From an uncultured virus (IMG/VR IMGVR_UViG_3300021964_000046) (Duplodnaviria > Heunggongvirae > Uroviricota > Caudoviricetes), in IMG/VR virus record IMGVR_UViG_3300021964_000046: a stretch of 20,000 bases of DNA. One strand, given 5' to 3'. The notes under the pieces were generated by a model, which was given only the letters and a program-made list of their open reading frames with translations, had not been told where the DNA came from and made no database searches. Position numbers and translations under genes: made by a program. Below, piece by piece: positions 1-8,004 of the stretch. Within the stretch, counting starts at the first letter, position 1. Every line of letters begins with the position of its first letter.

Positions 1-333
1 TGGGAAGTAGTTACAAGTCCAATCTTAATTGTTGTTAGAATTGCAAGACACTTTATAGGTGATTGGTTTGTTGGTGGCCTTAAACGTATTACAAGAACAA
101 TAGTGCATTGGTTTGCACGTAAACGTGAATATCGCAAAGCACACGGACACGGTATATTTAGAACCTATTGGTGGTTAATACTGCTAAGTCCTTTTATATT
201 GTTTTTTCTTGCTATTTTGTTTGCTGTGATATCAGGTGTAGCACAGGATCTTCCTGAAATATTGGAATTATTAATACGAGGTTGTGATTCTCTTGCACCT
301 GGTGCAGAACAATATTGGTGCAATATTAGTTAA
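1..333 (+). CDS. Hypothetical membrane protein, 5'-truncated by the window edge
   Basis: Frame 1 is open from base 1 (WEVVTSPILIVVRIARHFIGDWF...), so the GTG at 103 in the ORF track is probably not the real start. Hydrophobic stretch WWLILLSPFILFFLAILFAVISGVA follows a basic patch. Stop TAA 331-333. Confidence 0.6.
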   Translation, partial: WEVVTSPILIVVRIARHFIGDWFVGGLKRITRTIVHWFARKREYRKAHGHGIFRTYWWLILLSPFILFFLAILFAVISGVAQDLPEILELLIRGCDSLAPGAEQYWCNIS

Positions 334-734
334 GTAGGCATTGGTGGCGGATTATTTTTCTTAATAATGTCTTTTTGACTATCGCCTGGAATAATTCTAT
401 AATTATCTTCAACAGAATCGGGTGTACTTACTTCACTTACCGAACTACCGTCTTCAAGAGCAATAAGTTGATGCGGTTGTAGTGGCGGATTGTGCCAAGT
501 GTCTCCTGATTTAAGTTCTTTGCTGTATAATACAGCATCTTTTGTGTCGATCCACTTAACTTCAAAACGTCCACTGTTCACAAACCATGTTTCTTCCTTC
601 TCTCTGTGAAAATGCATGGAGAATTTTGAGCCTGCTTTTGCAAATACCATAATTTTACCACAATACTTGTCATTGGTTGCCCAGATTAGTTCATACCCCC
701 AACCTTTTTCAACTTTACCTTCGAGCCTGCTCAT
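330..734 (-). CDS. Cupin-fold protein (sugar isomerase-like, mannose-6-phosphate/lyxose isomerase type)
   Basis: KGWGYE N-terminal motif, metal motif SMHFHREKEETW, second motif PPLQPHQL, and EVST. GGAG SD upstream; ATGA overlap with the upstream gene. Confidence 0.75.
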   Translation of the reverse strand: MSRLEGKVEKGWGYELIWATNDKYCGKIMVFAKAGSKFSMHFHREKEETWFVNSGRFEVKWIDTKDAVLYSKELKSGDTWHNPPLQPHQLIALEDGSSVSEVSTPDSVEDNYRIIPGDSQKDIIKKNNPPPMPT

Positions 735-1432
735 TTTTTACTCCATTTGTCTTTGAATTTTTTGTATGCTCCACGAAATTTGCTTTGAAAAATCATATTG
801 CTTACAAAACTTGCTTCATACTTGTCTTTGTCTTCGTCTTGCACTGTAGTTTCAAGGTCAGTAAGCCTTATTGGAACATACATTGCTAAAGGAGTACCTT
901 TTTCTATTAAAAATTCCCCTTCTTTTTTAATTAGTAGTTGTTGATTGATCTGATGGCTCCATTCGGTATGGGTTACACCAGGCATACATTCAAAATATTC
1001 ATTAAATTCATAAAACATTGGTAGTTGCATCATTGCCCAACCCGGACTTGTACGAACACGCCATGGACAATCGGTTTTTGCAACGCATAAAAAATCGTTT
1101 TTTGCATTTTCTGGCAAGTAATCTCTAAATTGGTTGCTATAGTGTAAACTCATTGTAAAGTCTTGATTACTTGAATTCCATGCAAAGTCATTTTTATCAA
1201 CCTTCAGATGAAAATCACACCACATAGTAATTACATATGCATTTTTATAGTAATCTACAAACCCAGGACAGTTTTTTAGTGTACCTTTATCAGTATAATT
1301 GTCTTCTTCTAAAAATCTTGGCATATTCTTAAACCAAGTGGGTATAAACTTAGTAGCAGACTGCACAGGTTCAACTTTTGTTAGACCTGGCACTACACTC
1401 CACCATTCAACTTTGCAATTATTTTGACTCAT
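731..1432 (-). CDS. Phage hypothetical protein (possibly DUF6065-like)
   Basis: 233-aa ORF overlapping both neighbours. Motifs PTWFKNMP, TLKNCPG, PWRVRTSPGW, PGVTHTEW and IEKGTPLA resemble a family common in large marine phages. Function unknown. Confidence 0.6.
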   Translation of the reverse strand: MSQNNCKVEWWSVVPGLTKVEPVQSATKFIPTWFKNMPRFLEEDNYTDKGTLKNCPGFVDYYKNAYVITMWCDFHLKVDKNDFAWNSSNQDFTMSLHYSNQFRDYLPENAKNDFLCVAKTDCPWRVRTSPGWAMMQLPMFYEFNEYFECMPGVTHTEWSHQINQQLLIKKEGEFLIEKGTPLAMYVPIRLTDLETTVQDEDKDKYEASFVSNMIFQSKFRGAYKKFKDKWSKK

Positions 1433-2243
1433 GTATCCATTCTTCTGGTCTAATAAAATCGTGGTTGATGTGTGATAGTGTTTTTGTCATATCAGCACAG
1501 GTATATTCTTGGTATTGGCCACGTAGTTTTTCAGGCATAGATATATACTCTATTCTTGCGTCATATTTTTTACTAATTGTTAGAGCAATATCTTTGAATG
1601 AACGAGCAGTGCCTGTACCTAAGTTAAAAATACCACTTTGATCAACATCTAACATTTTTTCATGTACTAAGCAAACGTCCTGAACACTTATAAAATCACG
1701 CAAGTAGTTTTCACTATTTTCAAATAGTGTAATCACTCCTCTTTCCTTAGCCTGTTTGGTAAATTTTGTCACAGGACTTGCTTGGTCACCTTTATGATCT
1801 TCATAATTTCCATATACATTGAAGTATCTAAATCCTTGTATTGTGATTTTGAAGTCATCTTGGTATTCTGATATCCATCGGTCAATTAAATACTTGCTCC
1901 AAGCATATGGACTTTGTGGTAGGCATTTAGATGTTTCGGCAAAACCGTCTAACCCTTGGCCATACACACTTGCTGAACTTGCAAACTGCATACTGGTCCC
2001 CATCATATCACAAATTTCGATAAGTTTCATAGTAAACTCATAATTTTGTTTCATAACTTTTTCAACATCTGTTTCAGTTGTTGAACTTATAGCACCACAG
2101 TGGATTACTCTATCGTATTGTTGGGCATCTGGGTATTTGTTTTCTTGCCATTCCCAGCCTTCTACTTCATGACCTTTGTGTTGCAAATATGATGCAAGGT
2201 TCCTACCAATAAATCCTTCGTGTCCTGTTACTAAAATTTTCAT
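1419..2243 (-). CDS. hldD: ADP-L-glycero-D-manno-heptose 6-epimerase
   Basis: Rossmann motif ILVTGHEGFIG, HCGAISSTTE, ASSASVYG, catalytic YAWSK, and the HldD-type segment GFRYFNVYGNYEDHKGDQAS; also FNLGTG and YQEYTCAD. Confidence 0.9.
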   Translation of the reverse strand: MKILVTGHEGFIGRNLASYLQHKGHEVEGWEWQENKYPDAQQYDRVIHCGAISSTTETDVEKVMKQNYEFTMKLIEICDMMGTSMQFASSASVYGQGLDGFAETSKCLPQSPYAWSKYLIDRWISEYQDDFKITIQGFRYFNVYGNYEDHKGDQASPVTKFTKQAKERGVITLFENSENYLRDFISVQDVCLVHEKMLDVDQSGIFNLGTGTARSFKDIALTISKKYDARIEYISMPEKLRGQYQEYTCADMTKTLSHINHDFIRPEEWIHESK

Positions 2244-3487
2244 TTGATACTCTCTATAATTTTTGTAGTAGAACTACCTTCTACTGTTGGAAAAATTTCA
2301 ACAGGATAATCTTCATGTCCGACTACTGTTTCTATTGTATAGTCTCCGCCCTTAATAATCAAGTCCGGATTAAACTGTTTGATAACATTTATTGGTGTGT
2401 CTTCATCAAAAATTACAACATCATCTACCCAAGGCAGTAATTCTAAGTTCATTTTACGTTGTAATTGATTGTTAATAGGTCGAGTTTCACCTTTTAAACG
2501 TTTTGTACTTGCATCACTGTTAATGCCTACTATTAACTTCTTACCTTTTGACTTTGCAAATTTTAATAGTTTAAAATGTCCTTCATGTAGTATATCAAAT
2601 ACACCATTGGTCCATACTGTGGTGGGTTTTAAGTCATCGACGGTAATAGTTACTACACCTCTTTTTTCAACAGTTCGAGCCGCGGCATAACACGCCAATT
2701 TACAACTATCTGCAACTGACACATTTCTTTCAATGCCATAAGCAATCACTGCTAAAACAGTGTCTCCAGCACCAGTTACATCTGCTACTTCATGTACTTC
2801 TTCTTTAAAATGATAATACTTGTTTTCTTCATCAATTACATGAATACCATTTGCACCATCCGTAACAACTAAGTTCTTCCAGTTATATTCACGCATTTTT
2901 AAAATTGCTTTTTCTTTGGTATATTTGCCAAACCAACTTTCGTATTCTTTCATATTAGGTTTAACAATATATGCACCTTTGTAAACGTCTGGAGTTTGTT
3001 TAGGATCTACTAAAACCTTATCAGTTATTTGTAAAATTTTCTCTATGGTATCTTTTCTAACAACACCTTTGTTGTAGTCACTTACACAAACAATATCATT
3101 TTCTTGTAATCTACTCACTAACCGCTCTTGTGGATTAATACCTTTATACTGTTCTTCTCTATCCCAACGTAAAATATGCTGGCCTCCTTGACCTACAAGT
3201 CTTGTTTTTGTAGTAGTTATTACATTTTCCGAAGACGCATTACAGTTAACATTAGTTTGTGAAATTATTTCTAATAACTTAAATCCTTCTTTGTCTTGTC
3301 CTACTGAGCCATATAATTCTACGTTACTGTTAATCGAAGAAATATTTAATGCTAAGTTACCAGCGCCACCTACACTAAAACTTTGTGATTCTTCTAATAA
3401 AACAGGGATAGGTGCTTCTGGACTAACACGATCAGCAGAGCCAAATATCCAACGATCCAGCATAATGTCTCCATATACTTTGATCAT
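2240..3487 (-). CDS. hldE: Bifunctional heptose-7-phosphate kinase / heptose-1-phosphate adenylyltransferase
   Basis: PfkB kinase domain (GDIMLD, RVSPEAPIPV, GGAGN, SDYNKG, VDPK, KPNMKE, DVTGAGDT) fused to a nucleotidyltransferase domain (TNGVFDILHEGH, GINSDAS, KGETRPIN, FDEDTP, KGGDY, GSSTT). GAGGA SD. Confidence 0.93.
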   Translation of the reverse strand: MIKVYGDIMLDRWIFGSADRVSPEAPIPVLLEESQSFSVGGAGNLALNISSINSNVELYGSVGQDKEGFKLLEIISQTNVNCNASSENVITTTKTRLVGQGGQHILRWDREEQYKGINPQERLVSRLQENDIVCVSDYNKGVVRKDTIEKILQITDKVLVDPKQTPDVYKGAYIVKPNMKEYESWFGKYTKEKAILKMREYNWKNLVVTDGANGIHVIDEENKYYHFKEEVHEVADVTGAGDTVLAVIAYGIERNVSVADSCKLACYAAARTVEKRGVVTITVDDLKPTTVWTNGVFDILHEGHFKLLKFAKSKGKKLIVGINSDASTKRLKGETRPINNQLQRKMNLELLPWVDDVVIFDEDTPINVIKQFNPDLIIKGGDYTIETVVGHEDYPVEIFPTVEGSSTTKIIESIK

Positions 3488-3489
3488 AG

Positions 3490-3930
3490 TTATTCCTCTA
3501 ATAGTTTGACTAAATCAAATACAGTTTCTAACTTTGTAAGGTTAGTTTTATTTTGTAATGTATTACGCAGTCCTTGGTGTAATGGTTTAGGCCATTTGCC
3601 AAAACTTGCCCAAGCATATCCGTCATGCTCTTCATTTAGATTTGGTAAGAATTCTTTTTTGATTACAATAAGATATGTATGAAAATTAAATTTTTCGTCA
3701 GTACTTACAAAAGTTTCAAGAGGTATGTTCTTAATAACATTAGGAACCTCTCCCACTTCTTCTGCAATTTCTCTTGTAAGTGCATTAAACGGAGTTTCTT
3801 CGGTGGTGTTTTTACCGCCTACTAATCCCCAAACATTGTTTTGTTTGCTTTGTGTTCTATGCAAGAACAAGAAACGTTTAGTTTCTAACGCATAGAATAA
3901 TGCTCCGCTACAGGTAATTTTACTGCTCAT
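3490..3930 (-). CDS. Nudix hydrolase
   Basis: Complete Nudix box GX5EX7REUXEEXG: G-KNTTE-E-TPFNALT-REIAEEVG; also LNEEHDGYAW. Confidence 0.9.
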   Translation of the reverse strand: MSSKITCSGALFYALETKRFLFLHRTQSKQNNVWGLVGGKNTTEETPFNALTREIAEEVGEVPNVIKNIPLETFVSTDEKFNFHTYLIVIKKEFLPNLNEEHDGYAWASFGKWPKPLHQGLRNTLQNKTNLTKLETVFDLVKLLEE

Positions 3931-3939
3931 ACAAGTAAT

Positions 3940-3945
3940 TATTTA
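3940..3945 (-). promoter_or_regulatory. Late-promoter-like TAAATA box upstream of the Nudix-hldE-hldD genes
   Basis: TAAATA overlaps the upstream stop codon and lies 9 nt before the Nudix ATG; no SD in between. Confidence 0.55.
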
Positions 3946-5361
3946 AAATTGTATGCGCCAGGTTCCGTTTCGATATTCACCCTCGAATGCAAGTATCCAT
4001 TCTGTACCAGTCCATTTATACTGGATTCCGGTATTTAGATTGGTTGTGTAAGATACGTCTGTTTCTGTACTTGCATCAAATAGTATGTTCCATGCTGTTC
4101 CAGTCCATTCAATAATATCATTTTCTGAAGCAACAAAATCTGTATTATCTGTATTTTTCCAAGCAGTAGGTCCAGATGCATTATCAGCATCGCCGATATT
4201 GCCTAATAATAATATTCGTACACCTGCATTTTTAATGTCACTTGGATTATACTTTAGTGGATCTATGATATAATCAATTTTATTCCTATCGCCTGTTACA
4301 CCTGTAATAACTTTATCACTTGGTAATGTATCATTGTCCCAGGTAATTGAAAGTTTTGTGTCATCTGTTGGATTAATAGCAACTGAACCGTTTATGCTTT
4401 GTGAACGATCTTGGCGGGTCAATTGTAGTTGACTTAAACCAGGACGGAATGTGCCAGGTAATGCGTCTATAAAACCTTGCCATGATGTTCCACCAACAAC
4501 ACCTTTGTGAATTAGTTGTGCTTGAGTACCCATTACAAGTACATCGTAATTGTTGTAGGCAGTAAGTGCAATACCAGCAGTATCTTTTCTTGATGCAGTA
4601 CCGTCATTTGGTTCTTGTGCAGGTCTTTCTGCGTATTCATCGTTGTAGGCTTTTAATTCAGGGAAACTTTCACCTAAGTCAATTGTGCCTTGTTCTTCAT
4701 TAAAAATACTCATTACAATATCTGTAATAACACCAAGTTTTTTAACTTTAGCAGGAGGCGAAATGTATATAGGAGTTTTAAATCCTAAAGTACCAACATC
4801 AATTTCGCTTTCAGTTCCTGTAGGAATACTTCTACTACTAAAAGTTATACTTTCTAATTCTACAACACTTAAACTTGTCCAGTCTACATAGTTGTCAGTA
4901 GTTTGAATTTCTAAACTTGGATTAAACAGCATTAATATCTGTTCCATAATTTGTAATTTTTGATCTGTATTTGTTGACCAGATGTCAGCGTTTACTGTTA
5001 GACTGTATGGTGTTGGCATAAGACGTTCTACAGTTACGTTTTTACCTTGCGTGTTTAAATATTCTTGATTATCTTCATCATAAGCACGTTCTCTTAAATG
5101 AACCTTACCTACATATGATGCATCAGCAAGTCTATCACGATCTAATTCTAATCCTGTCATGTACACAGCAATACGTGGTGCACTTGGAATTTTGTTTTCT
5201 GAATTATCTCTCATGATGTGCCCAACTTGACGTGTAATGTCACCGTACATTACAGGAATTTGTTTTAGGTTTCCATCACCGTCTTTGTAAGAAAAATTAC
5301 TCATAAGTCTAATCAACTGAGTAACATATCTTCTTATTTGTCCATCATAAAAATGTTGCAT
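3943..5361 (-). CDS. Tail terminator / sheath stabiliser (T4 gp15-like) with C-terminal extension
   Basis: N-terminal HFYDGQIRRY, IPVMYG, PRIA, MPTPYSL and QIMEQILMLFNPS follow the gp15 pattern; it lies directly after the gp14-like gene with a TAATG overlap. Confidence 0.75.
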   Translation of the reverse strand: MQHFYDGQIRRYVTQLIRLMSNFSYKDGDGNLKQIPVMYGDITRQVGHIMRDNSENKIPSAPRIAVYMTGLELDRDRLADASYVGKVHLRERAYDEDNQEYLNTQGKNVTVERLMPTPYSLTVNADIWSTNTDQKLQIMEQILMLFNPSLEIQTTDNYVDWTSLSVVELESITFSSRSIPTGTESEIDVGTLGFKTPIYISPPAKVKKLGVITDIVMSIFNEEQGTIDLGESFPELKAYNDEYAERPAQEPNDGTASRKDTAGIALTAYNNYDVLVMGTQAQLIHKGVVGGTSWQGFIDALPGTFRPGLSQLQLTRQDRSQSINGSVAINPTDDTKLSITWDNDTLPSDKVITGVTGDRNKIDYIIDPLKYNPSDIKNAGVRILLLGNIGDADNASGPTAWKNTDNTDFVASENDIIEWTGTAWNILFDASTETDVSYTTNLNTGIQYKWTGTEWILAFEGEYRNGTWRIQF

Positions 5362-6524
5362 TAATTATCCGCCTTAGGTTTAAGTGCTTGAGATAGACTT
5401 TGTCTTTCTTTTACAGATTCACCACCGATATCATTTGCTGTTGTGTTGTTAACGAATCCAGTTTTTTGTGTCTGTCTGTCGTCAGTGTTTGTCATTGTCA
5501 TTCTAACACCGTCTTCCATCTTGACCCAACGTTGACCGTCGTATCTAAATAATCTATTAGGTAAAAAATCTGTACGCAAAAAGTAATCTCCTGTAACCTG
5601 TGTAAGAGGAAAACTACTACCAAACCCAAATTCTTCTCCATTGGGTGGAATACCGTCACCGATAAGATATCCTGAATATCCTTCTCTATCTGGTGTTTGG
5701 TTTACTCTACTTGCATCTAAGTTTCCTGCATTAACACTTGCATCAATTGTTGCTTCGTCGGCAGTTACAAGTTCTGGTTTACCTTGTGCATCTGTTTGTA
5801 ACGTGTATAATGAAGTTGTATCATAACCACTCTTAGGAGCATCGTCCTCTGCTTGTGCAAGTACAGCATTATTAATTTGCATTTCTTTTTCATATGTAGA
5901 AAGCACATCACGTAACGATTGTGAACTACCTTCTTCTGCCGGTAAATCAAGTATGTCTTTAAACTCTTGAGAGTCAACTATTTGTTTTAATTTAACTCTA
6001 TATAAATGTGGGTACCAAGTTTGTGTAAATCCTTCTGCGGCCCTGTTTACATCTTCTACAACATAAAAACGTTTCAATGCTACATTATAATCATTAAGTG
6101 CATTTTCGTCTTTTAAGTGAGGTAATTCAAATACGTCACCTGGCATAACTTTTCTACCTAATGTTTTAACACTGTAATTGATTGGAATAGTCATAAACAG
6201 CGTATCATTAGTTAAGAACAGGCCAAACTGGCTCATATCAAAGTCTACATCTTGTACATTGTAAATACCACGCATTACATAGATATCTGGATCGTACTTG
6301 CGATCTCTGTTTTCCATAAACAACATATCTTGGATATTTGTTTCTTTGATAGCATCGTAATGAGGCTGAGATGGCGTAGCATCTGCTTCATCAGGATTTT
6401 TAGGACCTAAATATTTGTGTACAAAGACATCAGTGCCACCTACAGTAAACATTTCTGTGATAGTTCTGTCTAAAAAATCGTAGTCTTTGCCCTTTTCAGG
6501 TTTGTATAAACTAATTCTCGGCAT
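5361..6524 (-). CDS. Neck / head-closure protein (T4 gp14-like) with C-terminal extension
   Basis: GGTDVF, DMLFME, MSQFGLFLTND and PGDVFELP resemble gp14; positioned between gp13-like and gp15-like genes. Confidence 0.65.
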   Translation of the reverse strand: MPRISLYKPEKGKDYDFLDRTITEMFTVGGTDVFVHKYLGPKNPDEADATPSQPHYDAIKETNIQDMLFMENRDRKYDPDIYVMRGIYNVQDVDFDMSQFGLFLTNDTLFMTIPINYSVKTLGRKVMPGDVFELPHLKDENALNDYNVALKRFYVVEDVNRAAEGFTQTWYPHLYRVKLKQIVDSQEFKDILDLPAEEGSSQSLRDVLSTYEKEMQINNAVLAQAEDDAPKSGYDTTSLYTLQTDAQGKPELVTADEATIDASVNAGNLDASRVNQTPDREGYSGYLIGDGIPPNGEEFGFGSSFPLTQVTGDYFLRTDFLPNRLFRYDGQRWVKMEDGVRMTMTNTDDRQTQKTGFVNNTTANDIGGESVKERQSLSQALKPKADN

Positions 6525-6532
6525 AGTACTTG

Positions 6533-6538
6533 TATTTA
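6533..6538 (-). promoter_or_regulatory. Late-promoter-like TAAATA box for the leftward operon
   Basis: Minus strand reads GCTAAATA-CAAGTACT-ATG; no SD. Confidence 0.65.
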
Positions 6539-6545
6539 GCGTTTG

Positions 6546-6553
6546 TATAAATA
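6546..6553 (+). promoter_or_regulatory. T4-type late promoter TATAAATA
   Basis: Exact gp55-type consensus upstream of a GGAGA SD and the ATG at 6573. Confidence 0.8.
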
Positions 6554-6572
6554 CATATGGAGACGTTAATTT

Positions 6573-7331
6573 ATGGCTACATTACAAACACAAAAACAAG
6601 AAATATTTGATTACGTAGATGCTATGCTTGGCGGAGGCATGGTTGACGTCGAGTTAGATCCTAAGCATTATGAAATAGCATTACGAAGTTCTATGGACAA
6701 ATTCAGACAAAGATCTGATAATTCAGTAGAAGAAAGTTACGTATTTTTAGAAACAGTAATTGATCAGAATGATTATATTTTAGATCCTAATATTGTTGAA
6801 GTACGCCAAATTTTCCGTAGATCAATTGGTTCAAGAACAGGCGGCGGCGATGGCGGTACATTGTTTGAACCATTCAACTTAGCCTATACAAATACATATT
6901 TGCTTTCAAGTTCAAATATGGGCGGACTTGCAACTTACAATTTGTTTGCAAGTTATCAAGAACTTGTGGGACGTATGTTTGGGTCGTTTATTGAATTCAA
7001 ATGGAATACTACAACAAAAAAACTTACGATCTTACAAAGACCAAGAGCAGAAGAAAATTTACTGTTGTACGTATACAATTACAGACCAGATTCAGAACTA
7101 TTCACAGATTATCTTGCAAAACAGTGGATCAAAGATTATACACTTGCCAAGTGCAAATATATGCTTGGTGAAGCACGTTCAAAGTTTGCTACTATTGCTG
7201 GACCACAGGGTGGATCAACACTAAACGGTGATGCACTCAAAGCAGAAGCACAAGGTGAAATGGAAAAACTTGAGGAAGACCTAAAAACTCAAGTTGCTGG
7301 CGGTGCCGGATACGGCTTCACAATTGGCTAA
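6573..7331 (+). CDS. gp13: Neck protein / head-tail adaptor (T4 gp13-like)
   Basis: IFDYVDAMLGGGMVDVEL at the N-terminus and WIKDYTLAKCKYMLGEARSKF...GPQGGSTLNGDALKAEA at the C-terminus match gp13 family patterns. Confidence 0.85.
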   Translation: MATLQTQKQEIFDYVDAMLGGGMVDVELDPKHYEIALRSSMDKFRQRSDNSVEESYVFLETVIDQNDYILDPNIVEVRQIFRRSIGSRTGGGDGGTLFEPFNLAYTNTYLLSSSNMGGLATYNLFASYQELVGRMFGSFIEFKWNTTTKKLTILQRPRAEENLLLYVYNYRPDSELFTDYLAKQWIKDYTLAKCKYMLGEARSKFATIAGPQGGSTLNGDALKAEAQGEMEKLEEDLKTQVAGGAGYGFTIG

Positions 7332-7338
7332 AAATCAC

Positions 7339-7367
7339 TTGACAATCTAAAACAAATATCATATACT
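7339..7367 (+). promoter_or_regulatory. Sigma70-type (early) promoter
   Basis: TTGACA (7339-7344), 17-nt spacer, TATACT (7362-7367), followed by AGGAGA SD and ATG 7393. Confidence 0.8.
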
Positions 7368-7392
7368 ATATACTTCTACTTAGGAGATATAG

Positions 7393-8004
7393 ATGATTAT
7401 TGGTATATGCGGTTTAATTGGTTCAGGTAAAGATACTGTCGCTCAATATCTAATTGACAATCACAATTTTGTAAAAATATCATTTGCAGATAAATTAAAA
7501 GATGCTGTAGGTGTTATGTTTAATTGGGATAGAGAACTACTTGACGGTAAAACTGACGAATCAAGAGCATGGCGCGAAACAGAAGATCCGTATTGGACAG
7601 CAGAAACTGGTAGATCTATTACTCCAAGACTTGTATTACAAGAGTTTGGCACAGAGTGTATGCGTAACGGGTTTTATGATGGTATTTGGGTAAGTCTAAC
7701 AAAACAGCATATCCTTAATAATCCAGATACTAATTTTGTTTTACCTGATACACGTTTTCCTAACGAAGCAAAAATGTTATACGAAATTAATGGCGAAGTT
7801 TGGAGAGTAAAACGTGGACAAGATCCTGTATGGTTTAGAATATATCAAGATGTAGGTGTTGAACCAAAGGATGTACACCCTTCAGAATGGGCATGGGCTC
7901 ATACTAAATTTACACAAACTATAGAAAACAACGGAACACTTGAGCAACTTAGAAATCAGGTGCAAGATCGCCTTGTTTCCACCGGGCGCCTACTCTCTGC
8001 ATAG
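7393..8004 (+). CDS. Deoxynucleoside monophosphate kinase (T4 gp1-like)
   Basis: P-loop GLIGSGKDT, SFADKLK, TPRLVLQEFGTE, DTRFPNE and HPSE. Confidence 0.9.
   Translation: MIIGICGLIGSGKDTVAQYLIDNHNFVKISFADKLKDAVGVMFNWDRELLDGKTDESRAWRETEDPYWTAETGRSITPRLVLQEFGTECMRNGFYDGIWVSLTKQHILNNPDTNFVLPDTRFPNEAKMLYEINGEVWRVKRGQDPVWFRIYQDVGVEPKDVHPSEWAWAHTKFTQTIENNGTLEQLRNQVQDRLVSTGRLLSA

Noticed and set aside
330..3487. Bacterial chromosomal LPS locus or prophage boundary
   Set aside because: The sugar genes are coupled to virion genes, follow the same TAAATA boxes and look compositionally similar; no integrase, att site or other host genes are visible.
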